From assembly GCA_963791045.1 (NCBI GenBank), contig CAWBQK010000015.1, forward strand, positions 160,001-224,000: DNA of 64,000 nucleotides, given 5' to 3'. Source of the stretch: Candidatus Latescibacterota bacterium (GTDB lineage Bacteria; Krumholzibacteriota; Krumholzibacteriia; WVZY01). Positions 50,641-60,256 of this stretch are shown here, piece by piece. The notes below the pieces were generated by a model. The model was not told where the DNA came from, searched no databases, and worked only from the letters and a program-made list of their open reading frames with translations. Numbering within the stretch: position 1 is the stretch's first letter; every line of letters starts with the position of its first letter. The position numbers were made by a program, and so were the translations under genes.

Positions 50641-51858
50641 TCACGACCAGCCATTTTTTAACCGCGATTTCAGCCAGCGCGTCGCGAGAGTTCCCATCCC
50701 GGCAGCCCACGGCATCGGGTCGTCCCACGACCAAATCGGTTGCTTCGATCTCGACACCAGGCTCAACCATTCGAACATCCCCGGCGTCGTCTCCTTGGGC
50801 TGGTTCTTGATAGCTTGATAATCGTAGTAGGGGTAGACGAGCGATACTCCGACTTCGTAATCGACGGGCGGCGTTACGGCGAGCCCCAGCGCATCGCGAT
50901 AGGCCATCTCTACGACATCGACTCCGCACAGCGCCGCGAATTCGACATACCACCACGGCCGGCAGTTTACTTCGATAATCTTGAACGCGCCGTCGCGCTC
51001 GTCCTGCTTGAACTCGGCCGAGAATATGCCGCGGTACCGTGCGGTTTTGAAAAGATTTTTGAGCGCTTCGGTGGCCGGCTCAACCTTGTCGAGTTCTTCG
51101 GACACCACGTAGCTGCTGTTCCCAAAATCCGACGGGTGCATCCGTATTCTTTGCCGCGCAAAGAACGTCACGACATCGTGGTCGCGATTCACAAATCCGT
51201 CGACAAAATGATGGTTCGCCGATGTTCCCGGGATGTATTCCTGAAGGATGAAATCAAACCCCTGCGCGTGCGCGTCGGTAAAACGCGACACGGCTTCGTC
51301 AACCGAGTTTACCCGGATCGCTTTCTCGCCAAACCGCCGGTGAAAAAGCTGTGAGTTCGAGGGTTTTAGAAAAACACTCCCACCCCATTCGCCCACCAGT
51401 CTCGACACATCGTCGGCGGAATTCACCGGCGCGGATCTCGGGTGCGGCACGCCCGCCTCGCGAAGAAGCTCCTCAAAACCGCGTTTCTCGACAAAACGCT
51501 TGTTCACATCGAAAGACGAGACACACGCGGGAAAACGAGCCCGGAGATCGTCCGGCAAACGCGTTATTTCAAGGGTCCAATGATCCGAACATGACATCAA
51601 CACCGCGCGTTCGAACGGGAGCGATTTCAAACAGGCGGAGAGACTGGCCGCATCGTCAACCGCCCCAACTCTTGGGGACGCCTTCCGGCACCAGCGCGAA
51701 TGCGCTTCGTTGTCGAGGTTCTCGGAAATGCACCAGGAGGGGATTCCCCTCCTACCCAGACAGCGAATCACACCCAGTGCCGTCAAGCCGGTGCCGAGCA
51801 CGATTACCGGCACAATATCTCTGGATGAATTCTTTGTCTTTTCCGTGTTGTCCTGCAT
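50641..51858 (-). CDS. ATP-grasp carboxylate-amine ligase (D-aspartate-ligase-like)
   Basis: ALGVIRCLGRRGI, VFLKP, LQEYIPG, EFKQDERDG, IEVNCR and DDPMP. Confidence 0.82.
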   Translation of the reverse strand: MQDNTEKTKNSSRDIVPVIVLGTGLTALGVIRCLGRRGIPSWCISENLDNEAHSRWCRKASPRVGAVDDAASLSACLKSLPFERAVLMSCSDHWTLEITRLPDDLRARFPACVSSFDVNKRFVEKRGFEELLREAGVPHPRSAPVNSADDVSRLVGEWGGSVFLKPSNSQLFHRRFGEKAIRVNSVDEAVSRFTDAHAQGFDFILQEYIPGTSANHHFVDGFVNRDHDVVTFFARQRIRMHPSDFGNSSYVVSEELDKVEPATEALKNLFKTARYRGIFSAEFKQDERDGAFKIIEVNCRPWWYVEFAALCGVDVVEMAYRDALGLAVTPPVDYEVGVSLVYPYYDYQAIKNQPKETTPGMFEWLSLVSRSKQPIWSWDDPMPWAAGMGTLATRWLKSRLKNGWS

Positions 51859-51887
51859 CCGTTCAACGCTCCGATGCTTCAATGTGC

Positions 51888-53996
51888 CTACTTGTTCTCG
51901 ATCATCCGCAATTGTTTCAACACACTTGAGTTGTCCGGCTGGCTCTCGAGACACTTCCGCCAGTGCTTGCGTGCCCTGCCGTAGTCTCCGGTCTGATAAT
52001 ACGCCCCCGCGATGTTGTTGTTGAGAACAAAGTGCCCGGGGCTATATTTGAGGCCCTTCTTGAAGTAACCGATCGCCGTCTTGAAATCCCGCTTCTCGTA
52101 GTGGACCGCGCCGAGCTGGCTGTAAGCCCCGGGATGGTGCGGGTCCTGCTCGAGCACTTTGTTGTACTGCGCCTCGGCTGCGGCGCTCATTCGTCTCGTT
52201 GTGAGTTCGAGGGCCGTCTCGAATGGTGTTTTTGGAATCGCCTTCGCGGTGACTCTGTCCCCGCCATCGGCAAGGACCACGCGTGATTCTGAGAGCGCCT
52301 TCGCCGCGTACGCGTGCCCCGGCTTGAGCGCGACGGCCGCCTCGAGTTCTGTGACCGCCCCCGAGAAATATCCGATGCGTTGGTACGCCACTCCGAGATT
52401 GTAATGGGCGTCGACCGAGAGCGGGCGGATCTCGAGCGCCTTCTTGTATTCGATGATCGCCTTTGTAATGTGATCGGCGGCATGTTCGGGTTCGCGTGTA
52501 GCAAGTTCGGAATACGCCGTCCCCATAACCGTGTGGCTGAATCCAAAATCATAGTCGACAATAAACCAGCCAACGACTATCGCCGCCGCCGCCGCCGTTC
52601 CCAGTGCCGCTGCCAGCCAGCGGTATGACCGTCTTCTTATTAGGTCGTAAAGATAGAACACGCCGAGGGCGGCGAAAACGATCAAGAACGGAACGACGGG
52701 CAGACGGTAACGCGCCGTGACAAAAAACGGCATGAGCGAGGCCATGTACACCAGGACAAACGTGATGTAGAGCCGTCTCGCGCGTGATGGACCGCCAAAT
52801 GTCAACAACAGCAAGAAGCCGGCGATTGCGAGCGGCGTCACCAACCAGAACCCGACGCCGAGATACGCGAGAAAAGGCGTGTAGTTGATTTCAACGAAGT
52901 ACTTGTTGTGATGGTTGGGGATTTCATAGTGATTCCAGAAGAGGAGGAATTTGCGACCAACAAGTGCGAGGGCTTTCACAGGTTCGCTCTTTACGAAATC
53001 AACTCCCCGCCCCATCCAGTAACGCGACACGCGAGACGGTTTGATGTCCTCCCGGCCGGTCGCCGCCCTGGCCGTTTCGCGCGAGCTGACGTAGAGGCGC
53101 GCGTTGTCGAGGCCCGACGAGGGCGGCAGCAAAAATATCCCGGTGGCATCGGGGTTATTCCCGATATAAAAGTTCACCCCGGCATTGCTCGAAACGAGGA
53201 CAAGGTCTTTTGAGACGATGTAGTTTCTTATCGTTATCGGCGCCACGGCGATCATGGCCCCAACGGCGAACAGCAGACCCGCGCGCCACCGCGCCGCGTC
53301 GAATCGCTTGTGGAGACCTGTAAATATCCAGAGGAGGCCGAACGGCGCGAACATGAGCACATTGGGTTTTCCCAGCCCGGCAAGGCCGAGGCTCACACCG
53401 GCGACAAAAAAGAGTCCCAGGGCGGTCGTGCCGCCGCCGGGCTGGCCGTCGGCCGATTTGCCGCCCACCGAGGCGGTTTTTGATTTCAAACGGTCGTCCG
53501 CCGAAACGAGCATGAGGAGCGACAAGTTTGTGAAGAAGAGAACAAGCGGGATCATTAAGAGATCGGCGTCGAAGAAAACAAATGTCCCGTATAAAGCGGC
53601 GAAGAGTCCGGCGAGAACCGGCGGCCCACGGCGCTTGCCGGCGAGTTTTCGTGTGAGTTGAAAAATAAGGACGCAGTTCAGGCTTCCGATAAGAATCTGG
53701 ATAAGACGGACGACGAAAAGGTTAAAACCGAAAATCTTGAAGATTCCCGCAAGAAAATACGGATAAAATGGACTGCTGTGGAAATAGGCGTCGCGCCCGA
53801 CGATGTCACCGGCGGCAATTTCCATCGCCCGCTCGCAGTAGATCTTTGAATCGCCGATGGGGTGGTTGAAAAACGGTGCCGTTCGGAGCTCCGACACGTA
53901 GATGAGCCGCACAACAAACGCGAGGGCGAACAGGCACACCAGCAGGTGCCAATCCCGGACAAGGGTGGGTTTTGAAGACCGTTTTGCCGCGCTCAT
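51888..53996 (-). CDS. GT-C (PMT-like/family 39) glycosyltransferase with C-terminal TPRs
   Basis: Multi-TM body with DSKIY, PFYPYFLA, RNY...SSNAGVNFYIGNN and ARYRLPVVP, followed by TPRs. Confidence 0.88.
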   Translation of the reverse strand: MSAAKRSSKPTLVRDWHLLVCLFALAFVVRLIYVSELRTAPFFNHPIGDSKIYCERAMEIAAGDIVGRDAYFHSSPFYPYFLAGIFKIFGFNLFVVRLIQILIGSLNCVLIFQLTRKLAGKRRGPPVLAGLFAALYGTFVFFDADLLMIPLVLFFTNLSLLMLVSADDRLKSKTASVGGKSADGQPGGGTTALGLFFVAGVSLGLAGLGKPNVLMFAPFGLLWIFTGLHKRFDAARWRAGLLFAVGAMIAVAPITIRNYIVSKDLVLVSSNAGVNFYIGNNPDATGIFLLPPSSGLDNARLYVSSRETARAATGREDIKPSRVSRYWMGRGVDFVKSEPVKALALVGRKFLLFWNHYEIPNHHNKYFVEINYTPFLAYLGVGFWLVTPLAIAGFLLLLTFGGPSRARRLYITFVLVYMASLMPFFVTARYRLPVVPFLIVFAALGVFYLYDLIRRRSYRWLAAALGTAAAAAIVVGWFIVDYDFGFSHTVMGTAYSELATREPEHAADHITKAIIEYKKALEIRPLSVDAHYNLGVAYQRIGYFSGAVTELEAAVALKPGHAYAAKALSESRVVLADGGDRVTAKAIPKTPFETALELTTRRMSAAAEAQYNKVLEQDPHHPGAYSQLGAVHYEKRDFKTAIGYFKKGLKYSPGHFVLNNNIAGAYYQTGDYGRARKHWRKCLESQPDNSSVLKQLRMIENK

Positions 53997-54103
53997 GACG
54001 TCGATCATAACGCACCTGATCACGAACGCTGAGCAATTCTTGCGCGCTCGATGGTTCGTTGTCACGACCAACCACTATTTATTGACTTTTGTCATGTTTT
54101 GCG

Positions 54104-54132
54104 TTGACAAATATCAGGGTTTATCCTACAAT
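54104..54132 (+). promoter_or_regulatory. Near-consensus sigma-70 promoter
   Basis: TTGACA-N17-TACAAT. Confidence 0.85.
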
Positions 54133-54138
54133 TCCTAT

Positions 54139-54300
54139 GTAGCAAATCCCCTCCTGTGCAAGCGACCGCAGCATAGCCTGAGGATTCGACCTCCAATCCG
54201 ACTCAGGCGACCTGCAGGGTGAGGGGCTTCTGACCAACCCTTGTCAGCCGCGAGACACGGTCATTAGTCCCTCCCCTGCGCCTCCCTTCTCCCGCAATAA
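54139..54300 (+). ncRNA. Candidate sRNA or structured 5' leader with C-rich loops
   Basis: Follows the promoter. Nested stems 54148-54153/54221-54226 and 54176-54182/54202-54208, with CCUCC in the loop and a CU-rich 3' tract. Confidence 0.4.
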
Positions 54301-54473
54301 TTTCCGTTCACTTCCGTAACGTCGCGATCAATGGTACCCATTGATAAAACTCGACTTGGCCGCATTTCTGCGATATCCTTCACTATTCACTTACTCAAAA
54401 CAGGATCGATCGCTCGCACGGGTACCCGATCTGGAGCGAACAATCCTTACGGCAATCGAGGAGGCAACATCTA

Positions 54474-56159
54474 ATGGCGAAGCGGAAAGCGAAAGCAAAA
54501 CCAGTCGATACATCCATCCAGTACTCGGTTTCCCCTTCAGGGGAAGAATTCCCGATCCCAAAATCCGATGACTATGCCGCTGAATTCCGGCGCGTCAAAC
54601 GGCTCTCGGACAAGGCCAAAAAAGACGGCAAGGAAGTCGTTGTGGTCATGGGCGTCGGATTCGTCGGGGCCGTCATGGCGGCGATCGTCGCCGACACGGT
54701 CGACGGCAAGGGAAACCCCAGCAAATATGTCATCGGTTGCCAGCGGCCCAGCACACGGAGCTATTGGAAAATCCCGATGCTCAACCGCGGCGAGTCTCCC
54801 GTCAAAGCCGAAGACCCCGAAGTCGATCTCATGATCGACCGCTGTGTGGTCCAGAAAAAATCCCTTATCGCCACCTACAACAGCGATGTGTTGAAGCTCG
54901 CCGATTGTGTGGTGGTCGACGTTCAGTGCGACTACACAAAACACGATGTCGGCGACATGCGCACCGGTGAAGCGGACATGGTGGCGCTCGAGGCGACCAT
55001 GCGCACCATAGGCGAAAAGATTCCACCGAAGTGTCTCGTTCTTATCGAAACCACCGTCGCGCCGGGCACGACCGAGTTTGTCGCCTGGCCGATCTTGAAG
55101 AAAGCATTCGCCGAACGTGGAATCAAATCGACGCCCCTGCTCGCACATTCGTTCGAACGCGTCATGCCCGGCCGTGAGTACGTGTCGAGCATCCGCGACT
55201 TCTGGCGTGTCTGCGCGGGGTGTACGCCCGAGGCACGGCGCCGTGTGGAGAAATTCCTCCACCAGGTGCTCAACACCAAGGACTTCCCTCTCACCGTTAT
55301 GGATCGTCCGATCGAGTCGGAGACGACAAAGATTGTAGAGAACTCGTACCGTGCGACAACGCTGGCGTTCTTGAACGAGTGGAGTCTCTTCTCCGAGCGC
55401 AACGGCGTCGACCTCATCAAAGTGATCAACGCAATCAAGATGCGTCCCACGCACAGCAATATGATTTTCCCCGGCCCCGGAATCGGCGGGTACTGCCTGC
55501 CCAAGGACGGCGGCCTCGGGTACTGGGCGTACAGGCACATCCTCGGATTCGAAGACGGCGACGATATTTTCCGCATCACACCGACGGCGATCGATATCAA
55601 CGATACACGCGGCCTTCATGTTGCGGAACTCGCACGCGACGCGCTCCGCAATATGGGCCGTTATATCGCCGGCGCCGATGTCGTCATTTGCGGCGCGAGT
55701 TATCGCCAGGATGTCGGCGACACGCGTTACAGCGGAAGCGAAATGGTCGTCCGCAAGCTCACCGAGATGGGAGCCGAGATGCGGATCCACGATCCATATG
55801 TCGAACACTGGTACGAGCTCGAATCACAGGACACCTATCCGGCGCCGGGGCTTTCGTGGGCGCGTTTCTTCCGCAACCAGGACGGCCTTGTCGGCGCGCG
55901 GGTCGAGAGCGATCTCAAAAAGACGCTCAAGGGCGCCGAGTGTGTTATCTTTGCCGTCCCGCACGAGCCGTACATGAACATGAACCCCAAGGACATCGTC
56001 AAGTGGGCGGGGAAACCGCTCGCCGTGATCGATTGCTTTGGAATTCTTACCGACGAAGAGATCCAGCACTACTTCGAACTCGGGTGTGAGGTCAAGGCGC
56101 TCGGCCGCGGCCACATCCAGCGGATCAAGGAATCGGTGAGGAAAAAGAAAAACAAGTAG
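54474..56159 (+). CDS. UDP-glucose/GDP-mannose family nucleotide-sugar dehydrogenase
   Basis: VMGVGFVG, IETTVAPGTTE, ERVMPG, KIVENSYR, GIGGYCLPKD and DVGDTRYS; GAGGAGG SD. Confidence 0.93.
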   Translation: MAKRKAKAKPVDTSIQYSVSPSGEEFPIPKSDDYAAEFRRVKRLSDKAKKDGKEVVVVMGVGFVGAVMAAIVADTVDGKGNPSKYVIGCQRPSTRSYWKIPMLNRGESPVKAEDPEVDLMIDRCVVQKKSLIATYNSDVLKLADCVVVDVQCDYTKHDVGDMRTGEADMVALEATMRTIGEKIPPKCLVLIETTVAPGTTEFVAWPILKKAFAERGIKSTPLLAHSFERVMPGREYVSSIRDFWRVCAGCTPEARRRVEKFLHQVLNTKDFPLTVMDRPIESETTKIVENSYRATTLAFLNEWSLFSERNGVDLIKVINAIKMRPTHSNMIFPGPGIGGYCLPKDGGLGYWAYRHILGFEDGDDIFRITPTAIDINDTRGLHVAELARDALRNMGRYIAGADVVICGASYRQDVGDTRYSGSEMVVRKLTEMGAEMRIHDPYVEHWYELESQDTYPAPGLSWARFFRNQDGLVGARVESDLKKTLKGAECVIFAVPHEPYMNMNPKDIVKWAGKPLAVIDCFGILTDEEIQHYFELGCEVKALGRGHIQRIKESVRKKKNK

Positions 56160-56254
56160 GTCGCACGCTCAACAAATGAGCTCGACCGCCGGCACGCTGC
56201 GTTGAGTTCGGCCGCCAGCACCGACTCGCACGTCGGCAGCCACTGTGGATATAG

Positions 56255-56292
56255 AACGGGCCGGAGTTAACATCTCCGGCCCGTTTTTTTTA
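56255..56292 (+). terminator. Intrinsic terminator
   Basis: AACGGGCCGGAG-ttaacat-CTCCGGCCCGTT followed by a T-tract. Confidence 0.92.
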
Positions 56293-56560
56293 GATCTACA
56301 ATTCAAGGTGTTGGCCGATGCGGGGACGGGTCAAGTCAGGAACACCTTGTCACAAACAACAAAACACCAGGCATCGTTGCGACAAGCAAAACACGAGGCC
56401 CCGGCACGACAACCACAACACACGGTCTCGCTTCGAACTCCAAAAACACAACTGGCCCCGCAATGTTTAAACACTTCACGACCCCGGTGTTTTTTTGTTT
56501 TTTTCGCCTCGACGGGTTTTTGAACGCGTCGTTTCTGATTTCGCGAATGCAATGCGTTTC

Positions 56561-56670
56561 TGGACTTTACACGCGATTGGGTGGCAGCCCTCAATCACTT
56601 TACGATGGTGTTTGAGGGAAGGATCCCGGAGTAGGAAATGAGTCGTTTACACAAAAAACTGGACAGTCTT
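56561..56670 (+). mobile_element. IS256-family remnant: last ~20 codons of the transposase plus right inverted repeat
   Basis: 56572-56634 translates RDWVAALNHFTMVFEGRIPE*, resembling IS256-family C-termini, followed by TTTACACAAAAAACTGGACAGTC, an IS256-like terminal repeat. Confidence 0.75.
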
Positions 56671-56727
56671 TCTCATTGTGCTTGACGACACACATTGAAT
56701 ACTGCCAATTGGCCTGCGTGACCAGTT

Positions 56728-58896
56728 TCACTTCAAAAGCACCATCTTCTTCTTGAGCGTTTGCTTACCCGCGGTCAGCCGGTAGAAGTAGATGCCAGTG
56801 CCTACTTGATTGCCACGGGCGTCCTTCCCATCCCACGTGACTTCCCTGGTGCCAGCGTCGAGCGGCTCGTCTATCAGCGTTGTCACCAACTTGCCTTCGA
56901 TGTTGTACACGGACAGATTCGCTTTCTCCCGCTTCGGCAGCACAAACGATATCGTGGTCGAAGGGTTGAACGGATTTGGATGGTTCTGGTACAAACTCAA
57001 CACATTGAGTTTGGTGTGAACCGTCACTTGCTGGGATATAATTTCAGAACCGTCTTCGAGGCTAACGCTCAGGCGATAGTAATAGTTCGTGCCACCGATT
57101 ACGTCGTTGTGGACGTATGTATTGACGTGCGCAGGAATCAGTCCTTCCATATTGACCAGTTCACCGTACGATTCTTTATCGGCACTGGCGTAGACATTGA
57201 ATCCCTTGACCGCTTCATCCGATAACACCTCCCACGACAGCCCCACTCCCCCATCAAGAGTTTGTGCCACGAAATCGTGTATGAATACCGGCACCGGCGG
57301 CTCAAACGTGCACACGGTCGTGCAAGAATCCAGCCAGGCAGAATCGGGTCCGCTACTCTCATATTCAATAACAGCCTGAAAATTGTCGACCCACACACCA
57401 TTGCCGAATTCCTGCAACCTGAAAAAAGCCTCGGGCTCATCCGTCGGCAAATCAAAGGTATAGGTCCCGCCGGCATCGGAGTTGTCGCCAACCTGTGTAA
57501 AGTTGACCCCATCAGAAGAGACAAATTTGCGCAGGTTATTGGAATCACCCGCAAATCCGACGACGTCAAAGGAAAGGACCCCAGAAGCAATTACGCCCCC
57601 GGGAAAGAAACGAAATGAGACGAACGTTCCACCTCCGCAGGCGAAATCCAGGATCGCCCAGTCATTGTTGGGCGGAAACCCGCCTCCGATGCCTCCATGG
57701 CCAACCTCTCGATCTCTTATCGTGAGTCGCCTTGGCGATACACAATAATCGTTGATCAGTGAGAAAGGCGAACTCAAGCTTGCGTCGACCATATCGGGAA
57801 CACTTCGACCCGCGACGAAGTCATCCTCGAAGCCTTCGAAATAGGTGACCGTGTCGAACGACATCTGCTCTCCAACTTCGAAGACATGGTACGTTATCCT
57901 CTGCTGCGCGAATTCCCTCAGTTTTGGAATAACTAAACCTGCTTCGGGCGGGTAATACGTGTGGCCGGGATCCAACAGCGGGGTCCTACCCGAAAGTGCG
58001 GCGGAATCGCCTTTGTCCACCAGCGTGGCCGGACCCTCCGCTGTCACGTAATAGTCGAATGCCGTCGGATGTTCGGCCTGGTTAGTGATACGAAATCCTA
58101 CCAGGGATAGAGACGGGATGGTTGAATAGCCGGAAATAGACATGTCATCCGGACACGTCATCGAGAACGGGGGACCCACCACCGTCAATGTTTGCGCACA
58201 TCCCGATATCCCCGTTTCCCATACTGGCGCATCGCATGTGATGTGCCAGTCGTCGCCGACATCCAGCCAGATCGGATAGGACCCCGGCGCTTCGAATGTC
58301 CGATCCTCGATTGGGTCCGAACCCCAGGGACCGGGATCAAAGCTGTAGTGGTAGTAATGGATGCTCCCGTCCAGGTCGTACGATGCCGAGGCGTCAAAAC
58401 GGACCGACTCGCCCACGACAACCGGATTCGGAGTGATGGTGAAAGAACAAACGGGCGGCTCGTTGCCCACGACGTAGACGGTGAATTCCCCGGTGCACTG
58501 GCCATAACATACGACCGAAGGACCGGGAGCGAAATACGCCTCATATCTTATCTCATATGAGCCCGTGTACAAACCCGGTTCGTTATAGTAGTGATAAAAA
58601 CTGCCGTAGCAGTCCCCGTTCGAGGAGCTGTTGCCATCACCAAAACTGACCATAACGTAATGACAATACCAGTCTGCCCAATCACTGCCGGGTGAAAAGC
58701 GGACATCAAACCGGAAATTGTCGCATGTGTAGTTGCCCTCCACCGGATCGACACTGGCTGATGGGTGATCGAGGGGATTTTGATCGCAATTGCCTGGAGA
58801 AAACCACTCGCAATTTTGCGCCCCCGCGCCGGACGCGACACAAATGATCGCGGTCACCAACAATGCCGTTCGCGTGAGATTTAACACAAGATTCAT
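56728..58896 (-). CDS. Secreted PKD-domain protein with FlgD-Ig-like C-terminal domain
   Basis: Signal peptide; FGDG...HYY..PG.Y; NEPPVCSF...FDASASYDLDG; ends LYQNHPNPFNPSTTI...WDGKD...GIYFYRL...KKMVLLK. Confidence 0.88.
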   Translation of the reverse strand: MNLVLNLTRTALLVTAIICVASGAGAQNCEWFSPGNCDQNPLDHPSASVDPVEGNYTCDNFRFDVRFSPGSDWADWYCHYVMVSFGDGNSSSNGDCYGSFYHYYNEPGLYTGSYEIRYEAYFAPGPSVVCYGQCTGEFTVYVVGNEPPVCSFTITPNPVVVGESVRFDASASYDLDGSIHYYHYSFDPGPWGSDPIEDRTFEAPGSYPIWLDVGDDWHITCDAPVWETGISGCAQTLTVVGPPFSMTCPDDMSISGYSTIPSLSLVGFRITNQAEHPTAFDYYVTAEGPATLVDKGDSAALSGRTPLLDPGHTYYPPEAGLVIPKLREFAQQRITYHVFEVGEQMSFDTVTYFEGFEDDFVAGRSVPDMVDASLSSPFSLINDYCVSPRRLTIRDREVGHGGIGGGFPPNNDWAILDFACGGGTFVSFRFFPGGVIASGVLSFDVVGFAGDSNNLRKFVSSDGVNFTQVGDNSDAGGTYTFDLPTDEPEAFFRLQEFGNGVWVDNFQAVIEYESSGPDSAWLDSCTTVCTFEPPVPVFIHDFVAQTLDGGVGLSWEVLSDEAVKGFNVYASADKESYGELVNMEGLIPAHVNTYVHNDVIGGTNYYYRLSVSLEDGSEIISQQVTVHTKLNVLSLYQNHPNPFNPSTTISFVLPKREKANLSVYNIEGKLVTTLIDEPLDAGTREVTWDGKDARGNQVGTGIYFYRLTAGKQTLKKKMVLLK

Positions 58897-59532
58897 TTTG
58901 AATACCCCCTCAAGAACGGGAAATCAACAGGCTACGTTTGCCCTACCCTTCAACCAGCCATGTCCGCATTTGCAGCATGGAATTTGTCTCAATGTGTGGT
59001 TTTCATGGTAGCCCAAACCCATGCCGTAACGTGAGGGAGCAAAGGAGGACAGGGGGGGTGTGTTGTCTCAAGGGCGATGTCGTCAGCGTTTGCGTCAGTG
59101 ACTCTTTGGCCCCTCATTAGCGTCTCCGCTGGATCCATCCATAGGCGCGCCTAACTTTAGCACGAGCTTGTGAGAGGGACAACGGTAAAATCACCGTTCA
59201 CTGAATAACAAATGACATGGAACGCCTGACTACCTATAACCTGCCCCACAGCCAAATCCAAAAGGGGGATGATCGCCGAAGAAACACCCATGCCTGCGCA
59301 CCACCCCATTGCGACATACTGGCGATCTTTAAGTGTAAGATAACTGTAAGATGGGGGTTTTGAGGGGATGATGCGAATGCCGTAAGTCGTTGTAGAATTT
59401 GGAGCTGGTGAGCGGAATCAAACCGCGCCCGCAAAATTTGAGACTGCTTGCTCTGCGATGGGTTGGTGGTATATGCTTTCTTTGTTGGGGGGTCCGTTAA
59501 CCGACGCCATGGTTTCTGAAGGGGGGCTTCTT

Positions 59533-60036
59533 ATGAAATTCATGACGATAACGGTTCTTTTGCTGCCACTCTTGTACTCTCAGTCTTTTTCTCAGGCCTG
59601 CACCAACTCTCTGACGCTGGAATGCCCGCCGGCAAACAACGGTGAAGGCGTGTGGGTTCCTGTTCGAGTGACAAACTGCAGCTCAACGATCGATTCGCTG
59701 GAGTTCGATGTCTACTTCTTCGATCTGGATGTGCAGTTCTATACTGTCGATAAAGCGGGTACGTTACTGGAGGATTGGACCTCGGTCGTGGGAAGCGTTA
59801 TCTGGCCGGGCGGCGCCAGAATAACGGCCTTCGATGCGGGGGGTGGATTCGGGCCGGTTGAGGATGAGCTGCTCATCACGCTCTATTTTGAAGTCGTTAC
59901 GACATCGACCAAGCACTCTTCAATTAGATTGACCAGTCTGCGCGGCGACATCATAGGGTTTGAGATTCAGGATTGTATGATGTCTGTGCCGAACAAACAG
60001 AGTACCTGGGGCCACGTCAAGTCGTTCTATGAGTGA
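59533..60036 (+). CDS. Secreted cohesin-like protein with C-terminal TWGHVKSFY motif
   Basis: Signal peptide; VWVPVRVTN...SLEFDVYF...GTLL...LITLYFEV; ends STWGHVKSFYE. Confidence 0.7.
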   Translation: MKFMTITVLLLPLLYSQSFSQACTNSLTLECPPANNGEGVWVPVRVTNCSSTIDSLEFDVYFFDLDVQFYTVDKAGTLLEDWTSVVGSVIWPGGARITAFDAGGGFGPVEDELLITLYFEVVTTSTKHSSIRLTSLRGDIIGFEIQDCMMSVPNKQSTWGHVKSFYE

Positions 60037-60256
60037 TTGCATCATCATCCAGGCCTCGTCAATTGTTACAATGCGTTACAATCCTACCGAGTCGAACCGC
60101 TGCCCTGCCGATTACTATTTGACTTGATGCCGAGTTCCTAGACCATATGGAACCGGCTGGACTCCGGAATTCGTCGTGGATTAGTTTAGGAATGTAAAAC
60201 GTTCCAACTAGAGCCACATGAGTGTTCGCAGCACTCAAAGCAAAAGGAGCCCAGCC

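Noticed and set aside
58900-60140. Integron attC sites around the small secreted genes
   Set aside because: No convincing RYYYAAC...GTTRRRY paired structure and no integrase. GTTACAAT twice at about 60065-60082 is too short to interpret.
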